Notes: generated by a model from the letters alone, not told the origin. 64,000 nucleotides of DNA from Stegostoma tigrinum (GCF_030684315.1 NC_081362.1:89111022-89175021), one strand, 5' to 3'; counted from the stretch's first letter, positions 38,687-51,071 are shown. Numbers and translations: made by a program.

Positions 38687-41502
38687 CTGGTAAGAGATGG
38701 TAGACAATGATGCAGATATTGAAAAATGAATTTTATCACTGTATTATATTTTTTACCTTGTTATTCTGCACTGCCCCTTATTGCTGTACAAGAGGAAAGA
38801 TGAAATGCAGAGTTTTCTCCACAAACTGCACACTCCACTCTTTGATCATTTACTTTTCCCTGAACATCTCTCCTTTTCCCTCTTCCTTGGCAAAAGCACT
38901 GACACAAGACCCAAGTTTTATTTCCGAGTTCAAATCCACATAAGGTCTCCATTGTAATTACAAGTTCCTCTCCAGACCATACACTAACCCGACTTGGAAC
39001 TATATCACCATTCCTTCACTGGGTCAAAATGCCTGAACTCCCTTCCCGATAGGACCCTGGGCACACCAAGCCACAAGGACTATTAGGAGTTAAGGCAACA
39101 GCTCTTAAATAGCCAAGCAAGCAATTTGGTTTAAGGCAATTATGGATTAGAAACAAATCTTGGGTTTGCAAAGTACACCCAAAGTTCTTCAGTGAATGAA
39201 TAAAAATAAAGTCAGAATTGCCAAACCTGGCAAGAACGATAGGTTTTCATTACAATCATAGCTTCAGTCACACATTTCTAGCATTCAATTATAATTTTAT
39301 AAAAACTTTTAAAATTAATTGATATGTTTTAATCAATTGAATTTAAATTCTATCGGTTGCCATGTGGGATTTGAATCTACAGTCCCAGAGTTTAAGCGTT
39401 ACAACACCCATCTCTCAGTTCACCTTCAAGGAATTTCAAAATTATTCAGCAATGCTGCTCACTTTGTCAGAGCTTTGTAGAATATTTGTGCCATCAGTAA
39501 AGATAATTCTGTAAAACAAGTAGCATTGTGACTTTATCATTACCATTTTCATGCATTAGCCCACATTTCACTAATACACTGCAGAGTAACCATAACCTAC
39601 ATGGCATAGCAAAGGAATACATTCATCCATTTACATTTCCTGAAATATCTACTGGGAACCATTCTGAATGTGAGCCAGATTTCCAAATTCATCTTGGTGC
39701 TTGAAAACATGGAGGCTCTGGGTCACACAACTAATCACCTTCCAAACAGGTCAAACTTGATGCTGCCTTTGGGGAATACATGCACAATGGAATGGCCCTT
39801 CTAATTCATACACTGAAACTGACTGGAGTTTGTTATTTTAGCAGATCTCACATTTCATTAAATATAACAACATGCTCTATAGTGAGTGAATCAGAAGTGT
39901 GGAAGAGGGATTAAGAACAATCCAGACACAGAGTGTTACAAGTCCAATCAGAACATGCACTAATGTTTGCCCCGACACTGGAATGAAAGCACATGTAGAC
40001 GGAAATTTAAAATGGCACCTGTTGTTAGAATTTCTTACCATTATTCATCATAGAAAGAAGGGCAGTGCAAATGTGGGGGGGGGGGGAGAAGATGAATTAT
40101 GAGTTAAATCACAGGAATCCTTTTTAGAATTGGTAGCAGTTTCATTTAGTAGAAAACTACTGTTATGCAATCAAATTTTACACTGAAAATGTGAACCCTT
40201 TGTATTATAATTAGATTTTGCGAGTGGAGGAGCTGTAAAGAGATAGCGGAGTTGTGCTACTGGACAGTCATTATCATTTGTAGCTGTTTTCATCATTGAG
40301 TAAAGAATTTCGAACAAGCAGTTTAATAAGCTTTAGCAGGCAACACTGTAAATGACTGTGAACACTGGAAACCACATTAACAAAGATAGGAGCTAGAGAG
40401 AGGGAAATAAAAAGGACTTAGCCCTGGTAGAAAATCATTAGATGACACTACCATTGTTAATATTTCTATCATCTGAACTACTGAAATTTCACAGTCAATT
40501 GATTTTTGAAATGTGTTTTGTCAATAACGCAGACTGCACTTTTTCTCCAAACCATATTTCCAAATGCAACCCATTAAGTCTTGACTTCGATTAGCCCAGG
40601 CAGGGTCTCTAAAATAGATGGCTCCCAATCTGCATCATTTCTAACTCTCATGTAAGAGTAAGAGTCATACTTCATTTTGTTTTAATCGCTCGGTTGATCT
40701 TACCTGGCTGAATGCTTCTCAAAAAAGTAACATTATAGAAAAAAATGAACAAACCATGAAAAAGCATACTGTAAAAATTAGTTTGTTAGTTATCTACTGA
40801 CAACATACTGTTGATCAAACAAAAAAAGTGCTTGGAATCTCCAGAGCACTGCATATTGTGCACAGTGGCAGTCTAAAGTGAACTGTGCATTTTTAGCGAA
40901 TATAAATTAAGTGATAGGAAGCAAAGATTTTACAAGACTCAAGCAGCAGCTGGACATTTTTCTGGAGAATGATAGTCTTTTAAAAGATTATAGACGCATT
41001 TAATTCAATAAAACCCGACTACAGTTGAAGTATTAGGCAGATTACAGAAATTAAAGTGAAATTGATTCATTATTCATCAAGTCTTTCTGGAATTTTCAAT
41101 CCATTTTGCTCAAATAATATTCAGTTAAAAACCACACCAGCAGGTTATTTAAAATCACAACAAGCCACCAGCTTTCTACAAGAACAAATGCAATAAAAAT
41201 TTAAAACGTACCGGAAGCAGCCACAGATAGATCAAGGAAGTCACTTTCCGCTCCTAATTATTTAAATGCCTGCTGATTAAAACTGCATTACTAAACTAAC
41301 AAGTGATCCCCAAATGTTGAAAATTACAGGTTCTTTCGAACAGTAAGATTTTGGGATCGGGATTAAATATCTCAGAGGGAATGCGTTCTCTCAAAGGTCA
41401 GGTCAAACTTGCAAGCTAACATCAATGAACTTTTCTTCAAGAATTAAAGTTCAAAAAAAAGTATGCCGTTTAAAAGTATGAAACAATAACACGGGCATCT
41501 GA

Positions 41503-41693
41503 GATAATGGGAGCTGCAGATGCTGGAGAATCCAAGATAACAAAAGTGTGGAGCTGGATGAACACAGCAGGCCAAGCAGCATCTCAGGAGCACAAAAGCT
41601 GACGTTTCGGGCCGAGACCCTTCAGGGGACTAGGCCCGAAACGTCAGCTTTTGTGCTTGGCCTGCTGTGTTCATCCAGCTCCACACTTCGTTT
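41503..41693. mobile_element. Miniature palindromic Penelope-terminus element (about 190 bp)
   Basis: cacaaaagctgacgtttcgggcc ... ggcccgaaacgtcagcttttgtg inverted; flanks acacgggcatctga / acactggcgtctga (12/14). Confidence 0.85.
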
Positions 41694-42165
41694 ACACTGG
41701 CGTCTGAAATACTGTGATTTTAATATCCCTCTAAGTCAGACTTCTGTTTTCAAATTTTCTCGCACACGCTCCTCATAAAAGAGAAAACTATCCCATGTCA
41801 TAGAGGTCTACACCACAGGAAAAAGCCCGTCAGGCTATCAAATCTGCACCAGTCAAAAGCCCACCTAACTATTTTAGTCTCATTTTCCAGCACTTGGCCA
41901 ACTGCCTTGTATGTCTTCGCACTGCAAGTGTACAACTAAATGCTTAAATGTTATGAGGATTTCTACTTCGACCATCCTTACTTGCAATGAGTTCCGGGTT
42001 CCAACCACCCACTGGGTAAAAAACATTTTCCTCTCACTCCTTCTGAATGACCTGCCCCTAACCTGAGGTCTATGCCGCGTAGTCCCTCCAACAGGAGGGA
42101 GATTTCTTTTGGCCTACCCTATTTGTGTCCCTCATGATCTAATATATCCTTGTACTACTTCTCAC

Positions 42166-42274
42166 CTGCAGCTTGTGGCATGGAATGCCTGGACACCGGG
42201 GAATGGAACGGAGGAGTCTTCTTGTTTGACTGCAGTGCAGCTGTCGAAATGTCCTGCTGACTCTCCCATCGACT
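42166..42274 (-). CDS. KIF13B: KIF13B coding exon
   Basis: gggcag| then SRWESQQDISTAALQSNKKTPPFHSPVSRHSMPQAA G|gtgag. Confidence 0.88.
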
Positions 42275-42752
42275 CTGCCCAGAGGCAGGGGAGGGGGGAA
42301 ATAAACAAAGAAATCCAGTTTAACTTAAGTTTTTGTGATAGCTGCACTTCAGACTGTGGGTACTGCAAGTTCTTTTAAAATTACACCAGTTTTTTTCTCT
42401 CATTTAAGTCTCTGAGAAACACATACAAAATTAGGAGGGAAGTTCCATAACTCATGCCTGCAAGATGCAAAAAAGGTCAACTCCACTCCCTACTTACACA
42501 TGCATTTGCTTAAGATTGTTTGGGTAGAAAGAGACATGATTCAGTTTCATACTTGCCTTTAATTAGGATATCAACTCTCAACTAAAAGCATATACTTAAG
42601 TTCTAACACTGCTATTCTAGGTTATCGGTTGGGCCAATATGGGTCTCAATGTCTCAGAGATAATGGGAACTGCAGATGCTGGAGAATCCAAGATAATGAA
42701 ATGTGAGGCTGGATGAACACAGCAGGCCAAGCAGCATCTCAGGAGCACAAAA

Positions 42753-42785
42753 GCTGACGTTTCGGGCCTAGACCCTTCATCAGAG
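42753..42785 (-). ncRNA. Minimal hammerhead ribozyme motif (Neptune-like terminus), intact core
   Basis: Minus strand CT-CTGATGA-A-GGGT ctag GCCC-GAAAC-GTC-AG. Confidence 0.65.
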
Positions 42786-43820
42786 AGGGGGATGGGGAGA
42801 GGGTTCTGGAATAAATAGGGAGAGAGGGGGACACGGACCGAAGATGGAGAGAAAACAAGATAGGTGGAGAGAGTATAGGTGGGGAGGTAGGGAGGGGATA
42901 GGTCAGTCCAGGGAAGACGGACAGGTCAAGGAGGTGGGATGAGGTTAGTAGGTAGATGGGGGTGCGGCTTGGGGTGGGAGGAAGGGATGGGTGAGAGGAA
43001 GAACAGGTTAGGGAGGCAGAGACAGGTTGGACTGGTTTTGGGATGCAGTGGGTGGAGGGGAAGAGCTGGGCTGGTTGTGTGGTGCAGTGGGGGGAGGGGG
43101 ACGAACTGGGCTGGTTTAGGGATGCGGTGGGGGAAGGGGAGATTTTGAAGCTGGTGAAGTCCACATTGATACCATTAGGCTGCAGGGTTCCCAAGTGGAA
43201 TATGAGTTGATGTTCCTGCAACCTTCGGGTGGCATCATTGTGGCACTGCAGGAGGCCCATGATGGACATGTCATCTAAAGAATGGGAGGGGGAGTGGAAA
43301 TGGTTTGCGACTGGGAGGTACAGTTGTTTGTTGTGAACTGAGCGGAGGTGTTCTGCAAAGCGGTCCCCAAGCCTCCGCTTGGTTTCCCCATTGTGGAGGA
43401 AGCCACACTGGGTACAGTGGATGCAGTATACCACATTGGCAGATGTGCAGGTGAACCTCTGCTTATTGTGGAATGTCATCTTGGGGCCTGGGATAGGGGT
43501 GAGGGAGGTGGTGTGGGGGCAAGTGTAGCATTTCCTGCGGTTGCAGGGGAAGGTGCCGGGTGTGGTGGGGTTGGAGAGCAGCGTGGAGCGAACAAGGGAG
43601 TCACGGAGAGAGTGGTCTCTCCGGAAAGCAGACAGGGGTGGGGATGGAAAAATGTCTTGGGTGGTGGGGTCGGATTGTAGATGGCGGAAGTGTCGGAGGA
43701 TGATGCGTTGTATCCGGAGGTTGGTGGGGTGGTGTGTGAGAACGAGGGGGATCCTCGTAGGGCGGTTGTGGCGGGGGCGGGGTGTGAGGGATGTGTTGCG
43801 GGAAATACAGCAGACGCGGT

Positions 43821-45152
43821 CTCAACCGCCTAGCCGAACTCATCCTCACCCTCAACAACTTCTCTTTTGACTCCTCCCACTTCCTACAGATTAAGGGGGT
43901 GGCCATGGGCACCCGCATGGGCCCCAGCTATGCCTGCCTCTTTGTAGGTTACGTGGAACAGTCCCTCTTCCGCACCTACACAGGCCCCAAACCCCACCTC
44001 TTCCTCCGGTACATTGATGACTGTATCGGCGCCGCCTCTTGCTCCCCAGAGGAGCTCGAACAATTCATCCACTTCACCAACACCTTCCACCCCAACCTTC
44101 AGTTCACCTGGGCCATCTCCAGCACATCCCTCACCTTCCTGGACCTCTCAGTCTCCATCTCAGGCAAACAGCTTGTAACTGATGTCCATTTCAAGCTCAC
44201 CGACTCCCACAGCTACCTAGAATACACCTCCTCCCACCCACCCTCCTGCAAAAATTCCATCCCCTATTCCCAATTCCTCCGCCTCCGCCCCCACGATAAG
44301 ACATTCCACTCCCGCACATCCCAGATGTCCAAGTTCTTCAAGGACCGCAACTTTCCCCCCCCAGTGATCGAGAACGCCCTCAACCGCGTCTCCCGTATTT
44401 CCCGCAACACATCCCTCACACCCCGCCCCCGCCACAACCGCCCAAAGAGGATCCCCCTCATTCTCACACACCACACCAACCTCCGGATACAACGCATCAT
44501 CCTCCGACACTTCCGCCATTTACAATCCGACCCCACCACCCAAGACATTTTTCCATCCCCATCCCTGTCTGCTTTCCGGAGAGACCACTCTCTCCGTGAC
44601 TCCCTTGTTCGCTCCACACTGCCCTCCAACCCCACCACACTCGGCACCTTCCCCTGCGACCGCAGGAAATGCTACACTTGCCCCCACACCTCCTCCCTCA
44701 CCCCTATCCCAGGCCCCAAGATGACATTCCACATTAAGCAGAGGTTCACCTGCACATCTGCCAATGTGGTATACTGCATCCACTGTACCCGGTGTGGCTT
44801 CCTCCACATTGGGGAAACCAAGCGGAGGCTTGGGGACCGCTTTGCAGAACACCTCCGCTCAGTTCGCAACAAACAACTGCACCTCCCAGTCGCAAACCAT
44901 TTCCACTCCCCCTCCCATTCTTTAGATGACATGTCCATCATGGGCCTCCTGCAGTGCCACAATGATGCCACCCGAAGGTTGCAGGAACAGCACCTCATAT
45001 TCCACCTGGGAACCCTGCAGCCTAATGGTATCAATGTGGACTTCACCAGTTTCAAAATCTCCCCTTCCCCCACCGCATCCCTAAACCAGCCCAGCTCTTC
45101 CCCTCCACCCACTGCATCCCAAATCCAGTCCAACCTGTCTCTGCCTCCCTAA
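43821..45152 (+). pseudogene. 5'-truncated but uninterrupted PLE ORF: reverse transcriptase, Cys-rich linker and GIY-YIG endonuclease
   Basis: GVAMGTRMGPSYACLF, FLRYIDDCIG, FPCDRRKCYTCPH, NVVYCIHC..CGFLHIGETKRRLGDRFAEH; open to the stop at 45152; no native start. Confidence 0.9.
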
Positions 45153-45621
45153 CCTGTTCTTCCTCTCACCCATCCCTTCCTCCCACCCCAAGCCGCACCC
45201 CCATCTACCTACTAACCTCATCCCACCTCCTTGCCCTGTCCGTCTTCCCTGGACTGACTTATCCCCTCCCTACCTCCCCACCTACACTCTCTCCACCTAT
45301 CTTCTTTTCTCTCCATCTTCGGTCCGCCTCCACCTCTCTCCCTATTTATTCCAGAACCCTCACCCCATCCCCCTCTCTGATGAAGGGTCTAGGCCCGAAA
45401 TGTCAGCTTTTGTGCTCCTGAGATGCTGCTTGGCCTGCTGTGTTCATCCAGCCTCACATTTTATTATCTTGGGTCTCAATGTCTGCATACTTTACCAAAG
45501 ACTTTACAAGTTAAGCAAAACACTGCAACATCTTAATTAAGTGCAAAAAGAAAGTGATAATATTTTTGACTAATTCCAATTAATTTTAATTAAGTTCAGA
45601 AGATTGGCCCTTTATAGATAA

Positions 45622-45851
45622 CAAGTTATAGAGCTGGATGAACACAGCAGGCCAGGCAGCATCAGAGGAGCAGGAAAGTTGATGTTTCAGGTCAAGACCC
45701 TTTTTCAGAAATTTTTCAGAAATATTTCTGAAGAAGGGTCCAAACCCGAAACATCAGCTTTCCTGCTCCTCTGATGCTGCTTGGCCTGTTGTGTTCATCC
45801 AGCTCTATACCTTGTTATATCAGATTCTTCAGCATCAGCAGTTCCTACTAC
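45622..45851. mobile_element. Miniature palindromic Penelope-terminus element (about 230 bp)
   Basis: agagctggatgaacacagcaggcc...tcagaaat / atttctga...gtgttcatccagctct; flanks ccctttatagataa / ccctttagagataa. Confidence 0.85.
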
Positions 45852-46042
45852 CCCTTTAGAGATAAAAAATTTTCAATATTTTACAAGTTCTTTGACCATT
45901 AAATCTGGAGCTATAAATACAAAGAATGCAGGTAGGGATAAATGCCAGGCAAAGTTCTTCTCACTAATTAATTCTTAATTCTCTGCCAAAGTATAAGTTA
46001 CAAAGTTATTTGGAATCTAAACACAGAAAAACAAATATCAAG

Positions 46043-46135
46043 ATAATAAAATGTGAGGCTGGATGAACACAGCAGGCCAAGCAGCATCTCAGGAGCACAA
46101 AAGCTGACGTTTCGGGCCTAGACCCTTCATCAGAG
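46043..46135 (-). mobile_element. 93-bp Penelope terminus consisting of the hammerhead motif (46103-46135) and downstream tail
   Basis: Matches 42693-42785 except for one base; exact 14-bp repeat aaacaaatatcaag at 46029-46042 and 46136-46149. Confidence 0.88.
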
Positions 46136-46229
46136 AAACAAATATCAAGTTCATTTTTCAAATCAGCAGCCCACTTTGGTTACCTAAACTGCATCCAGCA
46201 GGTAAATAATGATCTCTTGGAATGATAGA

Positions 46230-46548
46230 ATAGAATCAGAGAATTCCTACAGTGTGGCCATTCAGCCCATCAATTCCACATTGACCCTCCGAATAGCATC
46301 GCTATCCCTACATTTCCCATGGCTAACCCACCTCACTTACACATCCCTGGACACTGTAGACAATTTAGCATGACCAATCCACCTAACTTGCACATCTTTG
46401 GACTGTGGGAGGAAACTGGAGCACCCGGGGGAAACCCGCTAACTCGAGGAGAATACGCAAGCTCCACACAGACAGTCATCCAAGGGCAGAATCAAACCCA
46501 GGTCCCCTGCTGTCAGTTAGCAGTGCTAACCACTGAGCCATCAGGCTG
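46230..46548 (-). mobile_element. HE1-like SINE
   Basis: Similar to 37617-37940 (ctaaccactgagcca, ggaaactggagcacccgg). Confidence 0.8.
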
Positions 46549-46979
46549 CCCATGATTACCACCAGTGCAATAACAGAGGCGGACTTCAGTACGGGCCAGT
46601 ACCCATGGGGATATCACTAATACTACACAACTGGGGATTTGGTTGTTTAGGTTTGATGCTTTTCTTACAATACGCACTAATGATAATACTAACCAGTCTA
46701 TTCACTTGCTTCTTAGAAAACACCAAGAGGACCACAAACGGGTTTATAAATGATCAACTGCATGCCTCTAAAATCTTGCATCACCAGGTGGTTTAAGGTT
46801 GATTAGCAGTAGCATGTACTGGGGGAAATGTAACCAGAATCTCATCACTTGAATTGTTAGGTCACCAGACAAGAGCGACACAGGAATCAACTGGCAATGT
46901 TAAACATTAGTTAATCAGGGAAGTTATTTCTCCTTAATTTTGTTAATTTGCTTTATATTAATGGCAAGAGTATAGTTAC

Positions 46980-47033
46980 CTTGTTGCGTTCAAGGCTTGA
47001 TCTTGCATTGAGGTCATGACGGCTTCCGGATAA
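46980..47033 (-). CDS. KIF13B: KIF13B coding exon (54 nt)
   Basis: aaaaag| then LSGSRHDLNARSSLERNK |gtaac; phase 0/0. Confidence 0.85.
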
Positions 47034-47884
47034 CTTTTTAAAAAAAATTCAAAAGATGCATACATTACTTGAATGAAGTAAAATTATTAAAGATGCTATG
47101 ATAGATCACAGCATGCAAGCTCAGGATAACTAGCCATGCTCTAGCGCATCCAAATTCAGACTGTGATGATGAGAACAATCAAGGGGATTAAATTGTATTA
47201 TGCAGCACTTTTAACAAACAAAGAGTTTATTAAAATAGCAGGAAGGTAGTTAGGGACAGAACTTCATGCTGCCTAAAAGAAAATCAACCAAGTATTTATA
47301 CTCACAAACATAATGAGCACACAATATATTTCCAGTAGATAATAATGAATAGTTTTGCAATAAATGGCAGCCAGAACATCTCCATTAAACAACAAGGACT
47401 TGACCATTCCCCTGCAATTCTACCACCTAATTCCATCACCTAAGTTGAACAATGTCAGAACACAAATGGGAGCATCACAATCTCTAACTCATACACCATC
47501 TTGACTTGGAACTATTCTTTGTGGTAAAACTTCATGTCAACTTCATTAATGTATGATGAGAACACCACTCAACTGGAGCAAACCCATTATTTTGCTGCAT
47601 TGCTTAATCTATATTAACAGATCAATGACTGACAAATGATGTTTCTGTCATTGAGTCATACTGTACAGGTTCCTTCTGTATCTCTAAATGTTCAAAGATA
47701 CCTTTCTCTAGTCTGAGTAAACTGCCCTTTCCCATTAAACTTAATCACTTACCTTGGAAATGATAAGAATTCAACTTCCACCAATCTTGAGCAGTGCATT
47801 CTACGTTCCACCGGTGCATTAAAAAAAACTTCTCCTGGCCTCTCCCAGAATTCCCTTTGTCGGTATAATTCTTGCCACTTAACT

Positions 47885-48490
47885 ATGAGGCAATGGCCAT
47901 CTCAAGCAACAAAGAATCTACTCTTGACACTCACTGACACTATCACAGAAAAATTCCCAATCAACATCCTGGAAGTTACCATTCATGATAAATTGAATTG
48001 GATCAGCCATAAAACTACGGGCCTGTAATAGCAGGTCAGAGGCCCAAAACTCTGTGGCAAGTAACTCAATGCTGACATCCCAAAGTCTGTCCACCATTTA
48101 CAAGGCACAGGTCAGGATTGTGACAGAATACTCTCCATTTACCCTTACAGTGCTGTTCCAACACTACTGAAGCTCAATGCTTTCCAGGACAAAGCAACCC
48201 CCTTGATTGGCAGCAGTGTGCAACATATGCAAGAATACCTCAAAAGTACTTTGCCAGTCCACTTAATTCCACCATCTAAGTTGGACAATGTCAGAAGACA
48301 GATGGGAGCATCGCAACCTCTAAATCATACACCATCCTGACTTGGAACTATGTTGTCCTTCCTTTATTGTCGCTTAGTTAAAATACCAAAACTCCCTCCC
48401 GAACAGCATTGTAGGTCTAAGTACACCACTTGTACTGCGAGCATCAGCAACAACGATAGTCGTTGCCAGCAATGCTCATGGCCCATGAAA
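47885..48490 (+). mobile_element. CR1/L2-group LINE 3' fragment
   Basis: Similar to 4225-4985 and the reverse complement of 19900-20250. Confidence 0.7.
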
Positions 48491-49138
48491 GGATTGAGAC
48501 ACAAGTAACTTTCAATCCTCTATTTATTCAATGCAAGTATTAATCCCATCTTACCTTAGCAAAATTTTTAATTTTATTTTAACTAAAACTCCATAATGCA
48601 ATTCTACCTTTACGTACGCTTGACAATCAGATATTTCCTTCTCCTAACATTTAAAGGTCAAGTGAAATTTAGAACTAGGTGGTCATAGCTTAAAAATAAG
48701 TTGTTGTCCATTTAATACAGATGAGGAAAACAAATTCTGACTGTTGGAAGTCTTTGGAGTTGCCTCCTTCAAAAGGCACTGGGTCCAAAATCTTTGTTTT
48801 TAAGTCAGAGGCAGATTCTTGATACAGAGGCAGCAAAAGATTATTGAGTATGCAGACATGTAGAGTTGAGGTTAAAATCAGTTCAGCTATAAGTTTACTG
48901 AATAGAACAGCAGGTTGCAAGGACTGGGTGGTCTATTCGTTCCTTGTTCGTACATTTGTAAATCAATATTGGGATAGTTAAATTACACAAAAATCCATCG
49001 TGTTCCTCAGTTTATTGACTAAGACAACAGGATCAAAATGACAAAGCAAAGCTTAATTCTCTTAAAAGCGTGGTTTAAAGCACATTCTGATTCTCATCGC
49101 GCACACAGGCAAAGTGAAAACAGTTGCTGAAGTCATAC

Positions 49139-49216
49139 CCGATTAACATTCGGAGAGCTGATGCACCTTCTGGTCAATTTACGCTTTGTATTTAATTGTT
49201 CTTTTACTGCAACTTC
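49139..49216 (-). CDS. KIF13B: KIF13B coding exon (78 nt)
   Basis: gaacag| then EVAVKEQLNTKRKLTRRCISSPNVNR |gtatga; phase 0/0. Confidence 0.9.
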
Positions 49217-51071
49217 CTGTTCACAAAACACAGCAGAAAAGATACAACACAACATACAATCAGGACAAGGACAAAACCAGACAAAACAACAGAAAGAGAA
49301 ATCAGCAGTTCTACAGTGCAAAAGGAACAGTTCATTACTTTGGAAGAAAGCAAGCAAACAGCCTTTGAATAGGTTAAATGAAAGTAAAATACTGCAAATG
49401 TTGGAGATCTGAAATAAAACAGTGTTGCAGAAACTCAGCAGTCTGGCAGAAACGGTCGGGACCTTTGTTGTTATTTCCAATTGTGACAGATCTTTTGCCA
49501 ATTCCTCTTCTCCTCCAGTAGCAACATCTTGCTGGAGGACAATCCAATGAATCCTAGTTGGCTTCTCAACTTAAGTCCCTTAACCATTTATATCTGCAGA
49601 CAGGGAGAATTGAGGGTTAAGGAGAACAGCGCCAGGTGGAGCCAATGCTGCTCACATGCAAATACATTCGCCAGTCAGAGGATGCTGAGCATCAAGAATA
49701 AGTTAGAGGTCCGGCAGTCCCGCCAGGTTGTTCCACTTTTCAATCACGTCATGCTGACCTATATCTTAATTTTATTTACTCCCCTTTCTTCCATATTGTT
49801 TAATACCCTTGTCTCTTTTTTCTGAAACTTATCAACTGCTTCAGCCCATAGAGCAACTTCCCCTCGGTCTATCTTTCAATCCACAACTTGAACTCGTCCA
49901 ACTCTACTTCCTCACAAAAAAAACTTTCAAAACTTACTCCATTCAACCAGCTCACTTAAACAATTTTGTTCAGCTACTTGTATTACTATTGTTCAGAGCC
50001 AAGTGCAGTTCCTGATTTTTAAATCTATATTTTGGACACTACTCCACCTGACATTGTGGCATTCTCAGTCTTTCGACTAGTAATCCAGAGACCCAGGCTA
50101 ATGTTCTGGGGACTTGTACTGAAATCCCAACAAAATAGATGGTTAAAATTTGATTCAATGAAAATCTGGAGACAGAAGTTAATCTAACTGCAACTATGTC
50201 ACCAATTGACTTTTTGTAAAAACAGAACTGGTTCACTAACGTCCTTCAGGGGAGAAAATCTGCCATCTTTACCAGGCATCATCTACACATGACATAAATG
50301 CTGGCCCAGCCAGTGATGCTCACATCCCATGTATGAATAAAATCACAGGCTCTGTTTACCAAAGGTTTTAACTGCCATTTAAGGAAAACTACCATTCATG
50401 GGATGTGGGTGTCACTGGCTAGACCAGTATTTATTGTCCATCCCTAATTGCCCAGAGGGCAGTCAACCACCTTGCTATGGGTCTGGAGTCACAAGTAAAC
50501 CATACCAAGCAAGGATAGCAGTTTCCTTCCCTACAGGACATCAGTGAACCAGGTGGGTTCTTCCAACAACAGATTCAGTTTTGATATCATGATTACACTC
50601 TTGACTCGCTACTTTTATTGAATTCAAATTCCACCATCTGCCATGGCAGGAATTGAAACCAGGTCCCCAGAGGATTACCTGGGTTTCTGGATTAATGTTC
50701 TAGTGATAACAGCACCAGGCTCCCTGTGCCAGACAAACATGAATATCATGACTCAGACTTGTTCTCGTCAAATCTATTTAAATACATAAGACCCTGTGAA
50801 GACTTTGATTTTTGTACTGTGGAAAAACTTCCAACAACTTCAGTTCTAGCTTCACACTTCGTTACGTTCCTTCAGATCCTGTTTCTCTCAAGATGTTAAC
50901 TTTTTTTTTATGATGGCACTGTGTGAAGCATCGACGTGTTCATTAGTGTCTGTCAACTTGCTGTTGTTGTAGATTAGCTTGTCTTTTTCCATGATAATGT
51001 AAAGATGGGATATTATTATCTTTGTGCAGTGTAAGCAGTTGCAAATGAAGAAAGAACAGCCGAGTACTGAA

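Larger units (their letters stand above)
42655..45469. mobile_element. Young head-to-head Neptune-like Penelope element with about 1.1 kb inverted arms
   Basis: 42655-43820 is largely the reverse complement of 44383-45470; exact 15-bp repeat tgggtctcaatgtct at 42640-42654 and 45470-45484. Confidence 0.93.

Noticed and set aside
42939-45133. Many overlapping ORFs on both strands (also 51197-52503)
   Set aside because: Antisense or alternative-frame shadows of the C-rich PLE sequence
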